DNA of 64,000 bases from Trichoplax adhaerens. Taxonomy: Eukaryota > Animalia > Placozoa. The stretch covers positions 8,510,011 through 8,574,010 of the forward strand of contig NW_002060945.1 in NCBI RefSeq assembly GCF_000150275.1, in the 5' to 3' direction. Made by a program: the position numbers and the translations under genes. Below the pieces are notes generated by a model that saw nothing but the letters and a program-made list of their open reading frames with translations, made no database searches and was not told the DNA's origin. Positions 36,326 to 49,214 of this stretch are shown in pieces; position 1 is the stretch's first letter, and each line of letters starts with the position of its first letter.

Positions 36326-39300
36326 TACGATTTATCGATACACGATATTGGTGTTGTTGCTAAAATAGAGATCTATCATCAGAGAGAGAGAGAGTTGTTC
36401 AAGAATGCTTTGAATAAGCAGATGCATATGATGATATAAGTAGTTACGTAGATCAAGACAGGCATGCTATTAATGTACTTATTGTACCAATTCTATCATA
36501 CTAAGATAGTATACTGTAAGTAATAGGATTCCATACTATGACACTGGCCATGGAATGAGACATGCCTGAGTTAGCAAAGTCTTTTGAACTGAACTTTATA
36601 CTACATACAGCCTGCAAATGAAAGACTGCAGGCTAGAAATAGCGTACTTTGATGAATCATTGAATGGACGTCGTACATAATGAATAGGTCAGTTGTTCGT
36701 CCTGATCTTATTAGGTAGGGAAATTTTAACGGAAAGTGAGGGAGGTAAAACTTTTCTTTAGTAAGCCTCTGGAATGATATGTCTTCAAAAATGAAGAGAT
36801 TAGGTAACATCACGTACCGTATTTGCGTATTGGCGTACCAATGTTCAAAGCGTACAGCAAGGTCAAGCAACGTAATGCAAATACAGTATGAGCTGGGAAG
36901 TCAAAATCTTAAGGTAAAAGTAAAAGACATTAAAAGCACGAAAGGGCGGGGTTGGAGGTGGTGACACTGCTAAGTAGAGTACTGTATAGAGTTAATTCAT
37001 ACCACAATGCACATATCGTCATTCGTACGTGATTCACGTATAATAGTTTTCTGTAATGTTGACAATGAATCAGTAACAGACTCAATTCCGAATGGATCAG
37101 TTTAAGATCATAATATTTTAGGAGATAATGACGGTACATTTGAGAGTGTACGATCTGCCCATCAGATTTTTTACTCGATATTTCAGATTATATGCTCAAA
37201 GGTGTCAAGCGATGGCATTTATTTAGTCGAGGCTCATCTTGGAGACGTTTCAGTACATAATGTGAAACATCCAGTAAAGACTGGATAGTCTACTATACAC
37301 CTACAGTATAACTTCATTTGAGAGCACAGTTGTTAATTTAATTATCCCTACTATACGCGTATATCCTTTCTGATAGAGATATATGAAATATCTGACATAT
37401 TCCATTACAGTACTATACCAGTATAATATTGCACTTTTTAAGAATCGAATAAAGGTAAAAGAATGACTCGACTGATCATGTACCAGCAATATAGCGCCTA
37501 GAACCGATTCTGTCCTATTTCCTCTAAATAGCTTTCCTACAATATTTTAACCCGATAATTATAATTGACTTAAAATTGACGAACATCAAGCTTTTCATGC
37601 TAAACTCGTAAACTAATAAAAACCTCATATACCGCACCTACGGTATGTCGGAATCTCACATTTTCTTACTCAATATTGGACATGACGTAGAGATCGTCGG
37701 CTCTAATTGATAAATACACGCATAGTAACAGTAAATTCTCGCACCATAATTACCTACCAACTACACCTTTATAGTACAGTACATACTCGTATACTTTGAG
37801 CGATAAAGCTTGATCATGATAAGACAGCAGGCGCGACTTGATAGTCCCCAAATAACTTTCTCGTCCTATTTGTGGCCTGTATTACAATACTAATAGCTTA
37901 ATGTTTAATGTTGAAGGGTATAATCTTATCGTTATGTCCTCACTTTGAATGATTTTCGATATACGTGTACGTATCTGCTTTAAATCACTATCTAAATATA
38001 AATCACTATAATCTACTCATTCAATCATATTTAGCTTATATCAGTCCGTGCTCGGATATTTGCTTGGATGATTTTAGCATTAACAACATCTACAGATTTT
38101 TGCAAAAGCTTATACGAAGCAGTTTCAACTTTAGCTTTTGGCAATAATGATGCCTTAGACCATTTACTATTAATTCTTATATACCGATAATTAGTCAAAG
38201 TTCAGTATAATTTGTATAATAAATTTATACAAGACATAGAGTATATTAAGTTGGATGATGTGCCGTTGATAAAAAACTAAAACACCCATTATTACTGTAT
38301 TGTGCTCGATTTTTGTATATGCACCAAATTCTAAACATGCAAGCTATCAATTTATCTTTAGCAAATCTTATATCCGTAGCTTAAAGATAGCTCACTCTTT
38401 TTTCGTTTTATAAATTATTATTTCAGAGCCAGAGTCCTAAACTATAAATAGCTACTTTTCCAAACTTTTCATCTGAATACCGCGAAATCTATTACCTGAA
38501 ACATCACTACAGATGTTTACATATAGACATTAGAACAGAAATTAATATCACTGTAACTAGCTATTATTACTGACTTCCGATAATAGCACAGATAACTAAT
38601 AGCATGATTGATATCGGACTTCTAAATAGAATGGATACTTTTATGTTTTAACTTAAAAAATTGCGATTGATACGTAGTACTTGCTAACCACCTACAACTG
38701 TCTATAATATTTTATTGCCATTGAAGGATTCATCTCTGTTATGAAAGGTGAAGAGGCCGCAATATCATAATACTGTGATAATATTTTTTTAAGAACATAT
38801 GGTATATCGTTTCGGTATTATTAATTATCATCGAGTTTGTATACTATGCTTTAATAACCTCAATATAGATTGCCAAAAAATGGGGTGGCTATGAAATAGC
38901 AATTACATATTGGAGAGTTGATAGATAAATGGCTTATATTAATGCTTTGAGATATTCTTACCCGCCCAATTATTGCAGTTAAAGAAGATCATATTCACAC
39001 ATATGTCTTAAAGACACAAATACATGCAAATATTGGCGAATCTATTTGCCCCTTCGACAGAATCAAATCTAACCACATCACGAACTAATCTTAGGATTTT
39101 CTTGATTTACAGAAATTGGATAGAAGTAACATACATTCTAAGCTAGCAAATGGTAAAATTTTTTAGTAAAATTTATTTTAACAGCATATAATAATTCCTT
39201 ATGTCGCCATATCTACATAGTGATAATCTCTTCCAATTTATGCGCCCGGTTCTCTTTGAAATCTTTAATAACGGCAAATTCTCAATTCAATAAGATATAG

Positions 39301-40219
39301 CCCGTACAGTATTGCAACATATGGCAAAGCAGATCAGGCGAATATAATATGCAAACTAGTTCTTCTGATTTGAAGTTGATAAATTTGTCTTTCGACAGTA
39401 CAATCAATTGATTTATCCATATGTTATTTTAGATAATTTTTATAATACTAAGTGATTCTGGGATATAACAAGAGTTTAGCGAATTGTTACTTATATGCCG
39501 TAAAATCGATTATCTATTCATTTGCATGAAACCGGTTTTTAAATAGATTCGGAACAAGAACTTGACGCTTCCGATAGTGAGCAATTTTCTAACCAAAATA
39601 CTAAGGTAAAAAATCGATAAAATTAATTGTTTTTATCTCATTAAATTATAAAGTTTTCTTTAATCTGTAGCCATAATTACACATATTTTACTAGTAGTAT
39701 AAAATTTAATGCCTTATTAGTTTTACACTCCCACAACATAGTTAAGCGCTTACTCTCACAATAGTGTATGAATAACAATTGATGTACACGTATATGCGCT
39801 AATTGCAGTATCACATTTCTTTATTAGCGAAAATATTCGCGTTCCATTGCATATCTACTCAAAAATTACACCTTATAAGACTATAACGCCATTCCAACTA
39901 TACAAGCGATACATTCTGTTTTATACCTTTATAATCGAAAGGATAATCACTACAAAGAGTAAAGTTCATTCATTAAGCTCTATTTGAGAAGAAATCTTTT
40001 AATATCAGTACTATAGACTACAGTAAAACAGGAAGTATGCTCGTATACGATTATATTGGTTCGCATTTATAAAGGCCCCCTTTAGGGTTCATTGGTTGAT
40101 GTAGGTAGAGAGAATGTTAAATGATTACATTACTCAGGCTGTAACCTTTATTCGATTATTTTAGCAAAAGAAGAAATTGATTGTGGAAGGGGAACATTAT
40201 AAAATAGAGCGTTGCAAGT

Positions 40220-40867
40220 ATGCAAGTCCAAGTAATTGAGCCGAATGCTTGTGGCATTAAAAATGAAAAATTAATGGATCACGAAAATAACTTTTCGTAT
40301 GATTTTAATGATATATCATCTTCTGGTATATATACACTACGACCGCGGGAACAAGTTACTCAGAAATGCTCCAATAAAAGAGAAATTGCTGAATCAAAGA
40401 CATCCTCGTCTTCTGCAACCAGGCGCAAAAACAAATCAAAATCTTCGTCCAGGTCAAGAATTCGTAGAATGAAAGCTAACGCAAGAGAGAGATGTCGAAT
40501 GCATATGTTAAACGATGCATTGGAAGAATTACGCCGTGTTATACCGGGCTATGCTCCTGATCAGAAGTTATCAAAAATTGAAACTCTGCGATTAGCTCGA
40601 AATTACATTTCAGCCCTAACAGAAGCACTTAAAATAAATTCAAATCAACCGTTATCTACAGAATCACAATCATTTATGAATGATCATCCGGTGGTTAACA
40701 ATAATTGCTCAATCATTGGTAATAATTCCGGTGATCCACCATCCAGAAATACAACAAACTCAGCAGATTTTCTACATGGGAATGAAAATGTCCCTGTTGA
40801 TATGATGATGAATGATGTCAATAACTGTAATGACGACTTACACTTGGATTTTTTTAAAGATTTCTAA
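40220..40867 (+). CDS. Single-exon atonal-superfamily bHLH transcription factor, NeuroD/neurogenin-like
   Basis: [56 protein letters not shown] closely follows the NeuroD bHLH ([17 protein letters not shown]...[23 protein letters not shown]). Confidence 0.92.
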   Translation: MQVQVIEPNACGIKNEKLMDHENNFSYDFNDISSSGIYTLRPREQVTQKCSNKREIAESKTSSSSATRRKNKSKSSSRSRIRRMKANARERCRMHMLNDALEELRRVIPGYAPDQKLSKIETLRLARNYISALTEALKINSNQPLSTESQSFMNDHPVVNNNCSIIGNNSGDPPSRNTTNSADFLHGNENVPVDMMMNDVNNCNDDLHLDFFKDF

Positions 40868-42622
40868 GATAGTGTCGTGATTTTTGAACAAAATATTCTC
40901 TTTTGACTTTTTATTTTACTAACCGCTACATCCGATTCCTGATTTTACTTACGCTTGTTACAGTACGAGTGTAGCAAAGTTCAGTTGTTAGACTTAATTT
41001 GGGAAAATTGGGTAAATTTGCCCCCAAAATTCTTAAGTTTAATCTTTATTAATAGCGTCCATTCTTAATTTCTTAACTCAATAAGGTAATTAACAAATGT
41101 TCTCTCGCATTGAACGTTATACTCTCCTTTCGTAGTACTGTATTACTCATAGTATGGTACCATCCGTACCGCATACCGATATTAATTCGTTATACAGTAC
41201 TATTCTTAAAGGTAGAACGAAATAATAAGACACTATCATGTAAACGATACAGTAACTAATCATACTCATATGACATGATAGTATAACTGTTACCGATTGA
41301 TAACAGTTCTGTTTTTATCAATTAATATAAGATATAATTTAATTGTACAGTCGTGATTAAATAAGACTGCAAGAGAATTATCTTGTATGCTTTTGAGTTC
41401 ATCAGACGCAGATGTTGCCTCATGTAGTAACGTGAGGTAATTACGTAAAATAGGGGGAAATAAATGACGTATTTGTAAATTTATAACGATAATATAACCT
41501 TCACATATTAATAATGCCTATAATGCAATAAACGATTGATCATTACTATTGAATTAGTATAATATGTGATTGATAACGGCAAGATGATTTACGAGTACAT
41601 TGTAATATGCGTTGTGTTTCCACTCTTAGTCGTTAACGTTAGCACAAGAGACTTTGATACACTCCTACTAGTAAGCTTACTAAAAAGTCTCTTTTATTTA
41701 GGGATTTACTGCATTTAAATAGTATAGCCGTAATGACATATTATACCCTTATCTTATGCTAACACGTTAGAGGTGCAGTACAACAGGTTACTGTATTCTT
41801 ACATACATAACAATATGTTTTATTGGGACTTAATAATAATAGATATCAAGGATGATGAGAGGATGAAGAACAGGTTCATTTACAGGTTGAGAATAACAGT
41901 CCGGTACTGTACAGTACTTAGGTAGAACGTTAACGACATGTACAATACAGTACAGTACTGTACAGAGAATTCTACCGCCTGACGGAACTGAATATGAATG
42001 TCTCTATATTATCTTATACTAATATACACTTATACAGTACAGTATACAGTATGGTAATATACTGTACTGTATACTGTATATTTTGGGAGGGTCTGTCTGT
42101 CTATCTGTTGTGCTTACTTATTCCACCGTACTGTATTATGCCGACCACTACTGAATTTCTAAAATTTCAAACAAGTCAGAAATTAGCGCTAACTTCCCGT
42201 TCTTTGCACTGTGGGCCACAACTTGGTCATAATGTAATTTTACAAAGTCGCTGAAACTTAAAAATTTAAAATCAATTTATCGTATCTGTACTTGCCGTAC
42301 TCTAAAAACAAGAATCATTTGGTAAATTAGTGGTACTTATCTAAGCATAATATTGCTAATTATAGTGGATAGGTAGCGTTGGCCTTCATAATGTATGAAA
42401 ATGATGCAATCTACGTACTGTACTGTACTTTGCTGCAAAATCAGCAACATTAGCTACAGTACAGTATATCGAGTCGACTACAGATGCAACTGAAATCTAC
42501 AGTACTGTATACTGTACACTGTACACTGTACAGTAAAGGTATCTGATTACAGATTGCCAGCTTTGCCATCAAAATATCAACTAGTCTACTTTCATTTTAA
42601 CTGTACTACGACGTATATCAAA

Positions 42623-44297
42623 ATGGATTATTGGAATTACTGGATTTTGACATTATGTATCGCATGTTTCAACATTGTAGGATGTTATTTACTACTTCGA
42701 TTCTTTTATATTCTTACTAACTTACCAACAAAAATAGCACATGATGGACGTGTCAAAACTATGATTATTGCTGGATCAGGTACAGTAATTCAGTACAAAG
42801 CTAAAGGTCATTGTACCGTACTGTATTTTAGATTAACTGCAAAGTGAGATTAAATAACCATTAGATATATTGGAAAATTCTTTCTTTAAGGCTTAGCACT
42901 ATGGAAACAGATAGTATTCATAAATCGTTTCAGATTAGTCATTGCATATCATAGCTACTTCTATTCCTGTATATATAATCTAAGTATTCATTGCGTTAAA
43001 CTTGCCGACATACGTACGCACTATGGTGATTAATCTAATGTAGATGCAAGATGTGATTGCAGCTGTAGATACAATTTATTGTAGATAAGAAGTCAGGGAT
43101 ATTCAGCTACTCAAATTTAATTTCCGAAATTTCTTGTAATGACTTTCACTATTTAATATTCATAGAATAGAGCGGTATATGAGCATCATATGTAACTGTG
43201 TACTATTTGTACCACTGTCGTAACAGAAATTATTGCGTGGCACTACACCTTACATTGGAATTTACAGTTATATCATGCAGAAGATCTATACAGTATTGCA
43301 TAATTAAGTACCATTTACAAGATGCTGTATACTGTATAATGAGACTTAAAATTAGCACTAATGCAGAGATCATACGCTATTATATAATTGCTATTCAGTC
43401 GAAAAATCCCTAAAAAATCTTTTTATCTGTGCTTGCAATATTAGGTGGTCACACTATGGAAATAATGAAATTAATAGGAGTTCTTACTTCAGCCTACAAC
43501 CCAAGAATCTACGTTGTAGCCGCTACTGATAAAATGAGCAAAGAAAAGTTACTAAAATTAGAAAAAGAAGCAAACTTAGGCGGAGATGTATGTCTATGTC
43601 TATGCTGTTGTACGAGCATAAAATGCATGTGATATAGAAGAAATTATTTTAGAGCATCGTCTTTCTCACTGTACTTTTATTAATCTGTTTGATTTTCGAT
43701 TTCTATAGTTCTGTTGTGAGATAATTCCACGCAGTCGCGAGGTTCGTCAATCTTGGCTAACGACAATTTGGACAACTTTATATGCATGTATATTCTCTAT
43801 ACCTCTTGTGTGGAAACACCGACCAGATGTGGTAATAATTCTGTACATGCGTCATTACATACGTAGCATAATATCTATAGGCAACTATAATTATCTACGC
43901 AATTTCCTAAGCTGCTATATTATCTCTACATCAACACTCATTTTTGAATATTGCATATCAGATCATAAGCAACGGTCCTGGAACCTGTATTCCAGTTTCT
44001 TTAATTGCCTTTGCTTTCAAGGTGATAATTGTTGTAATCATTGTCAAACGTATTTTAAATTCTTATTGAGTAGATGCAAACTAACTATAGTGCTTTTTAA
44101 AACTATCAATTTTACCCAATTTATAGGTTATGGGAATACATAACTGTGTTATTGTTTATGTAGAAAGCGTATGCAGAGTTACAACACTCTCCCTTTCAGG
44201 AAAAATCATATATTACTTTGCTGACTATCTTTTCGTGCAGTGGCCAGAATTGAAGGAGAAATATTCAAAATCTATCTACGTTGGTAGATTCTCTTAA
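42623..44297 (+). CDS. ALG14: UDP-GlcNAc transferase subunit ALG14, multi-exon
   Basis: N-terminal TM helix, MIIAGSGGHTMEI, PRIYVVAATDKMS, IPRSREVRQSW, ISNGPGTCIP, VYVESVCRVTTLSLSGKI, FVQWPELKEKY. Confidence 0.95.
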
Positions 44298-45679
44298 TGT
44301 CTGAAAATAAAAAATGAGATTATTTTTAGTTTTTTAAGAAGATACTCGACTACTGTACTTACTGTATGCCAAAATATATTGTTGCAACCTTTTTATTACC
44401 ATAAATTAATAGTAACCTACTAGCTATGGCCATGAAAGTAGCTAATCGCATATGATGCGTAAAATTCAAGTTTAATACTGTACTACTAATTTTCAGTTAT
44501 GAAGTCAGTGCAACAGATTAGCGTGCTATTTGCAACCTACTTTGTGATTATAAGTAGCTATCCTGATTCTATAAATGCATCTGCTGTCCTAAAACTTGGT
44601 AAGAACTGCAAATGCGTTGTTTTAGCACTGCGTTTCTCGGAAGAGTGATTCAGATGCTCTAAATTGTTACTATACGTGTATCATTTTTAATATAGATGAT
44701 CTAAAATGGAGTGTTAGCCTTGTACTCTGTACAGTACATCATGCAATTATGATAACAGAAATTTGGGGAGTCATACTTCGATCTTTTTCTTTGTATATTA
44801 GCACATACGCGTATGCGTACATATACATATGTACAGATATCTTAGACTATCAAATATTGTTGAATTGTAATTTTGTATATGATTTTATTTATAAATATAA
44901 TTTCGCCCTGTATCATCCATATCTAGAGGTTAGATGCAAGATAGGCAAAAACTTGCCAATAAATTTATTTCATTATATAAGCGTCTTGGCATTTATTGTC
45001 TTGCTTAAAATCTGCAGTATCCTATATTTCTGTATAGTCAATAGGACTCAATGGTGCATCTACTGACACCATAATTCATGATGGTACATAATGTAGTAAA
45101 TATACTGTATGTACTAGTATATAAAAAAATGCAATGATGTATGGAGTGATAATGTGAAGTAAACGAGAACAGTGATAGTGGTATGTAAGAACGAGGGATC
45201 GACTAGCCCATTGAAATATGAAAACAGTACGATATACAGTACAGTAGTACAGAAACCCTAATGAACAGGCAAGGAGTACTAGAAGAAGACTTGAAACTAA
45301 TCGCTCTAGGATGGACAGACATTTTCGGCCTCATCTCGTCAAAACACGCGTACCGTGTATTGTTTCAAACACTTCGTTATGACAGTACTTTAGTATGCAG
45401 ATGGGCGATTTTGAATTGACTAATTTTTCTAAATTAAGTGATATTACACTAAATGTTATTATCTGTTGCTAAGTTCCGCTTGGAGGCAGTCATATAAAAT
45501 CGCCGATGTTATTAAAATTACTACCAGTGATTTAGAAAACAAACATGGGAAGATCCATACTAAGTAGGTATTTTTCGGTATTTATAGCCTCATTTGGTAA
45601 CAAACTTCCGTCTGTCTGAGAGAGAGAGAGTGCGGTCTTCTTCTACTGTACAGTACTGTACTGTACCGTACGTACACAT

Positions 45680-45792
45680 GTACGTACTGTAGGCCTACCA
45701 AGCTAGGCTGGAGTGGACCAGTACCGTACTGTAGCAGGTTAAAGGTCATATCATGGAGGGTTTTTCTTTTACCTCTATGGGGTCATACTGTA
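45680..45792 (+). repeat. Left copy of the 113-bp direct repeat flanking the foreign island
   Basis: GTACGTACTGTAGGCCTACCAAGCTAGG...CTCTATGGGGTCATACTGTA is identical by eye to 49330-49442. Confidence 0.95.
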
Positions 45793-45796
45793 TAGT

Positions 45797-46075
45797 TTGC
45801 AGGTGCCGCCCCTTAAAACCGCTAAACGAGATATTTGTGGCTTTGGAAATAGTTTGGTTTCAGCTGATGGCGTATTCTGTCGGAATCTATGTTTGACACG
45901 CTTAGTTAAAGGCCCTCTCTGTTATGGAGAGACCTTAATTCAAAATAATCTTGAAGAGGCAATTGAACTCAATAAAAATGAGGCGATGGTTGAAGGAAAT
46001 CCCTGTCCAAAGCGCATTATTGATGTGGCTGAGGCTTATTTTGAAGCAATCACTTCATTTTATGAAGACAACTAA
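45797..46075 (+). pseudogene. 3' fragment of an unknown bacterial-style gene, truncated at the island junction
   Basis: The open frame begins exactly at the junction with no ATG near its 5' end. Its TAA stop abuts the stop of the convergent ORF. Confidence 0.55.
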
Positions 46076-46771
46076 TTAAAGAGTTTTAAAGTACGGAAGG
46101 AGTTTTGAGCGAACAACTAGTTGAATCAAGAAAACGGCTATCAGGAGAAAAAAGACGATGGCAACATATTCAACTTTTGCGTAAGCAGATTTCTTAGTCA
46201 CTGAGTAATCACTTCCAAAGGAGGGCATAACTTGAACATCCCAATACTTGGGCCATTTAGAGATTGCTTGAATATTTTTAAAAACTTCTTGAAACTTTGC
46301 GGCTTTACCCATTTCTTCTTCGAAAGCTCTTATATTTTCAGTATCTGTTTCCGTTTTGTCTTCGCGTTCTGGCGAGAGGCCTGTTGTAACATACTCAACT
46401 GAAACGCTGTCAAACATAGTTGGAATTTGTGTGAGTCCTCCTCTTTTCATGCTTTCTAAACGCTCCCCGCACCAGGTCAAAGAGTCATTTAGGCTAGTCA
46501 GACTTTGTGTAATGCTTCCAGAAGCAAGAGGTTGCTGACTTGTTAAACATTCAAGAAGTTGAGTAAACTTGATATTGCTTGCTTGAAGAGCGCTGAGCAT
46601 ATTAGGAAAACAACGAGAGTTTATATAAGTCCCTATAGGTTGGAGAGATGGGGTTTTGTCTAAGTAAGTCTGTTGATCTAGACTTAATGTTGCTAAATAA
46701 CTCATTTCCCTAATTCCATATGCATTTGTCACAAAACAGCTTTGCAACAAGATAACGTAATCTACGATCAA
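46076..46771 (-). CDS. Hypothetical intronless protein with a C-terminal TM helix; probably 5'-truncated
   Basis: 231-codon ORF. The frame is open back to the palindrome at ~46795. YVAIVFFLLIAVFLIQLVV is followed by RSK. No family recognised. Confidence 0.6.
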   Translation of the reverse strand: MIVDYVILLQSCFVTNAYGIREMSYLATLSLDQQTYLDKTPSLQPIGTYINSRCFPNMLSALQASNIKFTQLLECLTSQQPLASGSITQSLTSLNDSLTWCGERLESMKRGGLTQIPTMFDSVSVEYVTTGLSPEREDKTETDTENIRAFEEEMGKAAKFQEVFKNIQAISKWPKYWDVQVMPSFGSDYSVTKKSAYAKVEYVAIVFFLLIAVFLIQLVVRSKLLPYFKTL

Positions 46772-47364
46772 TAAGTCAATTCCTTGAACTACGTATCAAG
46801 GAACGATATCTGCACTATCACGAGCACTTTTGCTCTACTAGCAGACTACACAAAGACTTAAACGCCTCGTATTTTACGTTAAACACTAAGTTGGACAATT
46901 CTTCTTTATTTCACGATATACTGCATTTATATACTATTCCTCAATAGTTCATGAGTCATAGTTAATACAATTAACATTAGAATCATTTACTGAATTAGAT
47001 ATTAATTTTAGCTACTGCTCTCTTAATGCAGACAACAGTATTTACGAACATAGACATGTAATAACTAATACAGAATAGTCAGATTACGATATGTCCTATC
47101 ACGGAACATTTCCATGATAATTTACAGTCTATCATAAGTAAATTACAATCACAATGATTCGAACTGTAAGCAGATGATTTGCATTCCCTATTATAACTAT
47201 TATAATTTCAGTATGTGTATAAGTGTCACTGTCATAAAAAGTCAGTGCTATATTAAAATACAGTATATCCAAATTAGAAGTTAACTAAATAAGGATAGTC
47301 TAACAGAATTATCCTAACATAGTTATTTCTACTGTAATACAGTATTTAACACTGTAACAGCATT

Positions 47365-47396
47365 AAAAAAAAATTTCCTGCATGATAACAGGAAAT
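47365..47396 (-). terminator. Rho-independent terminator-like hairpin
   Basis: The minus strand reads TAA-TAC-ATTTCCTG-TTATCATG-CAGGAAAT-TTTTTTTT immediately after the 317-aa ORF stop. Confidence 0.65.
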
Positions 47397-47399
47397 GTA

Positions 47400-48353
47400 T
47401 TATCCCCCAACGGGAATATGCACTTCATCTTGAGTCTCTAGGGGATCTTTGCCAAATCGTTTAACAACGGTTGACTGAATTTCTCCTCCCACTCCAGGGC
47501 GTTTTACGACAAAGACGGGTTCGATTCCTAAAAGCATTTCTCGTTGGTTTGCTAGAGCAGATCTTTTCGTTTCGAGTTCATGTGTTAGGCGGCCAGAACG
47601 TTGCAGGTGACTTTCAAGAACACCAACGGTCTCCTGAAGCCAGACAATATCCTGATCAGCAAATGGGGCGATACGTAGCATTTGAAAATTTGCTTCATAT
47701 TCGGCAAAACGTTCGAAAAGCCATTCAGCCTGTTTCCGTGTTGGAGCTGTTAAGTCTCCTAAATGATGGCTTAAGTCTCGTTCGAAGCCACACCGCTCTA
47801 TGATGATTATTGAACTTGGGTCTCGGATAATCCGGTTCGCTTTTTGAATGAGAAGAGCTTTTCCTCCTTCAAGCCACCCTGTGGTTTCAGTTGGGTCAAA
47901 TTCAGGAAGAAAGTGCCAATAGCGTTTAAAAAGCTGCAAAGTGTCTAGCAGATTTTTTTGCAGGTAAAAGTTCTTTTCTTGTGGAGATAACTCTTTTTGC
48001 TTGCGGATTTGAACAGTGGACTGTGCACAAGAGGCCGGGCAGTTCATACGTCCAAGTTCGACTTGAAGGCGCTTAACTTCAGCGGGGTTTCCTTGGGCTG
48101 CTTCAATTTCACCTAATTTTGCTTGATAAGCATGGAGATCGCCCAGAGTTTCGACAACTTGTTTTTGTTTCCGTTGTAATGAGGCGAGGTATTCCTCAGC
48201 ATTTTTTACAACCTGGGTAAGAAGCGCTGTTTGGGTTGTGTCACCGCGAAAAGCTTTTATGAGAGCGGTGCTATGGGGCTTGAACTTGAATAGTTGGCCT
48301 AAGAGTTTTTTCTCGCTCATTTTATCATCAAAGAATTGTTTAACAAAGCCCAT
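47400..48353 (-). CDS. Hypothetical intronless 317-aa alpha-helical/coiled-coil protein, bacterial-style
   Basis: Complete ATG-to-TAA ORF, 17 bp downstream of the preceding ORF, with purine-rich AAGAAGAGG just before the ATG. No family recognised. Confidence 0.75.
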   Translation of the reverse strand: MGFVKQFFDDKMSEKKLLGQLFKFKPHSTALIKAFRGDTTQTALLTQVVKNAEEYLASLQRKQKQVVETLGDLHAYQAKLGEIEAAQGNPAEVKRLQVELGRMNCPASCAQSTVQIRKQKELSPQEKNFYLQKNLLDTLQLFKRYWHFLPEFDPTETTGWLEGGKALLIQKANRIIRDPSSIIIIERCGFERDLSHHLGDLTAPTRKQAEWLFERFAEYEANFQMLRIAPFADQDIVWLQETVGVLESHLQRSGRLTHELETKRSALANQREMLLGIEPVFVVKRPGVGGEIQSTVVKRFGKDPLETQDEVHIPVGG

Positions 48354-48370
48354 AGCCTCTTCTTGACTTC

Positions 48371-49066
48371 TTATCGCTTTTTAAGGTTATTAGATTCTAT
48401 ATTTGTAGCTTTTAAGGCAGAACCCAATGCTTGGCTATTAGATTCATGCAACCAAACAGTAAGCTCTTCTTGTCCAGCATGAGCAAAACTCAGACCTTGC
48501 AAATCAGGATTGTGAGCGATGACTTTCCATGTATTTGGAACGAGCTTTAGGTTAAATAATGGGAATCGTTCTTCAGAGCTGTAGCCACACAAAAGGCAAA
48601 CGAGTTCTCTGCCAGAAGGATGGCGGTTACAGCAGTTATTTGGCTGAAGCCAGAGGCCTTGAAATGCAATCGTAGGAGGCATGCCTTCTTTTCGGTGCAT
48701 GTGCTGAGTTAAGAGTGCATAAAGTTGTGAAGAAATCTGCTCATAACGGGCATCCATAATAACAGGATCGACGCGTGCTCCAACAGGATCACAACCAGAT
48801 AAGAAGGATCTCATGATGCTTTGTTCAATCTTTGACTGATAAAAAATTAAGGAAAACCCTTGCTGGGTGGCGACATAAAAATAGTAAATCAAAGGGCCAT
48901 TAGGATCACGAGGCACGAGAGACGTTAAGACATTGACAGAGCTTCCATGTGGATTTTTCCAGTAGGGGTTTTCTGGAGGAAGACGATGTTGGTGTTGCAG
49001 ATGAGCAGATGAACAAACGTCAGAAGATGGGAGTTGTCCATGATGCATACTGGGGGATAGAGGCAT
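48371..49066 (-). CDS. Hypothetical intronless 231-aa protein with a Ser/Pro/His-rich N-terminus, bacterial-style
   Basis: Complete ATG-to-TAA ORF, first gene of an operon-like pair. No family recognised. Confidence 0.7.
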   Translation of the reverse strand: MPLSPSMHHGQLPSSDVCSSAHLQHQHRLPPENPYWKNPHGSSVNVLTSLVPRDPNGPLIYYFYVATQQGFSLIFYQSKIEQSIMRSFLSGCDPVGARVDPVIMDARYEQISSQLYALLTQHMHRKEGMPPTIAFQGLWLQPNNCCNRHPSGRELVCLLCGYSSEERFPLFNLKLVPNTWKVIAHNPDLQGLSFAHAGQEELTVWLHESNSQALGSALKATNIESNNLKKR

Positions 49067-49214
49067 GACTATTTGATGGATGTAAATTTAAAGGTGAAAA
49101 GGGACCAACGGGGGGGGGGGGGTAGCCATCTTTATGCTCCTACTCTAGAAATTAAAAGAAGAAGTATTGGGATATCTGTTGATAAGATGCAAGCATAAAA
49201 AAAGCCCTCAGAGC

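Noticed and set aside
47471-47803. Plus-strand ORFs overlapping larger genes (also 46356, 22409, 22633, 23381)
   Set aside because: These are antisense shadows of longer, better-supported ORFs.
49109-49122. Poly-G run upstream of the island's 231-aa ORF as a phase-variation tract
   Set aside because: A single homopolymer with no definable promoter around it cannot be supported as regulatory from sequence alone.
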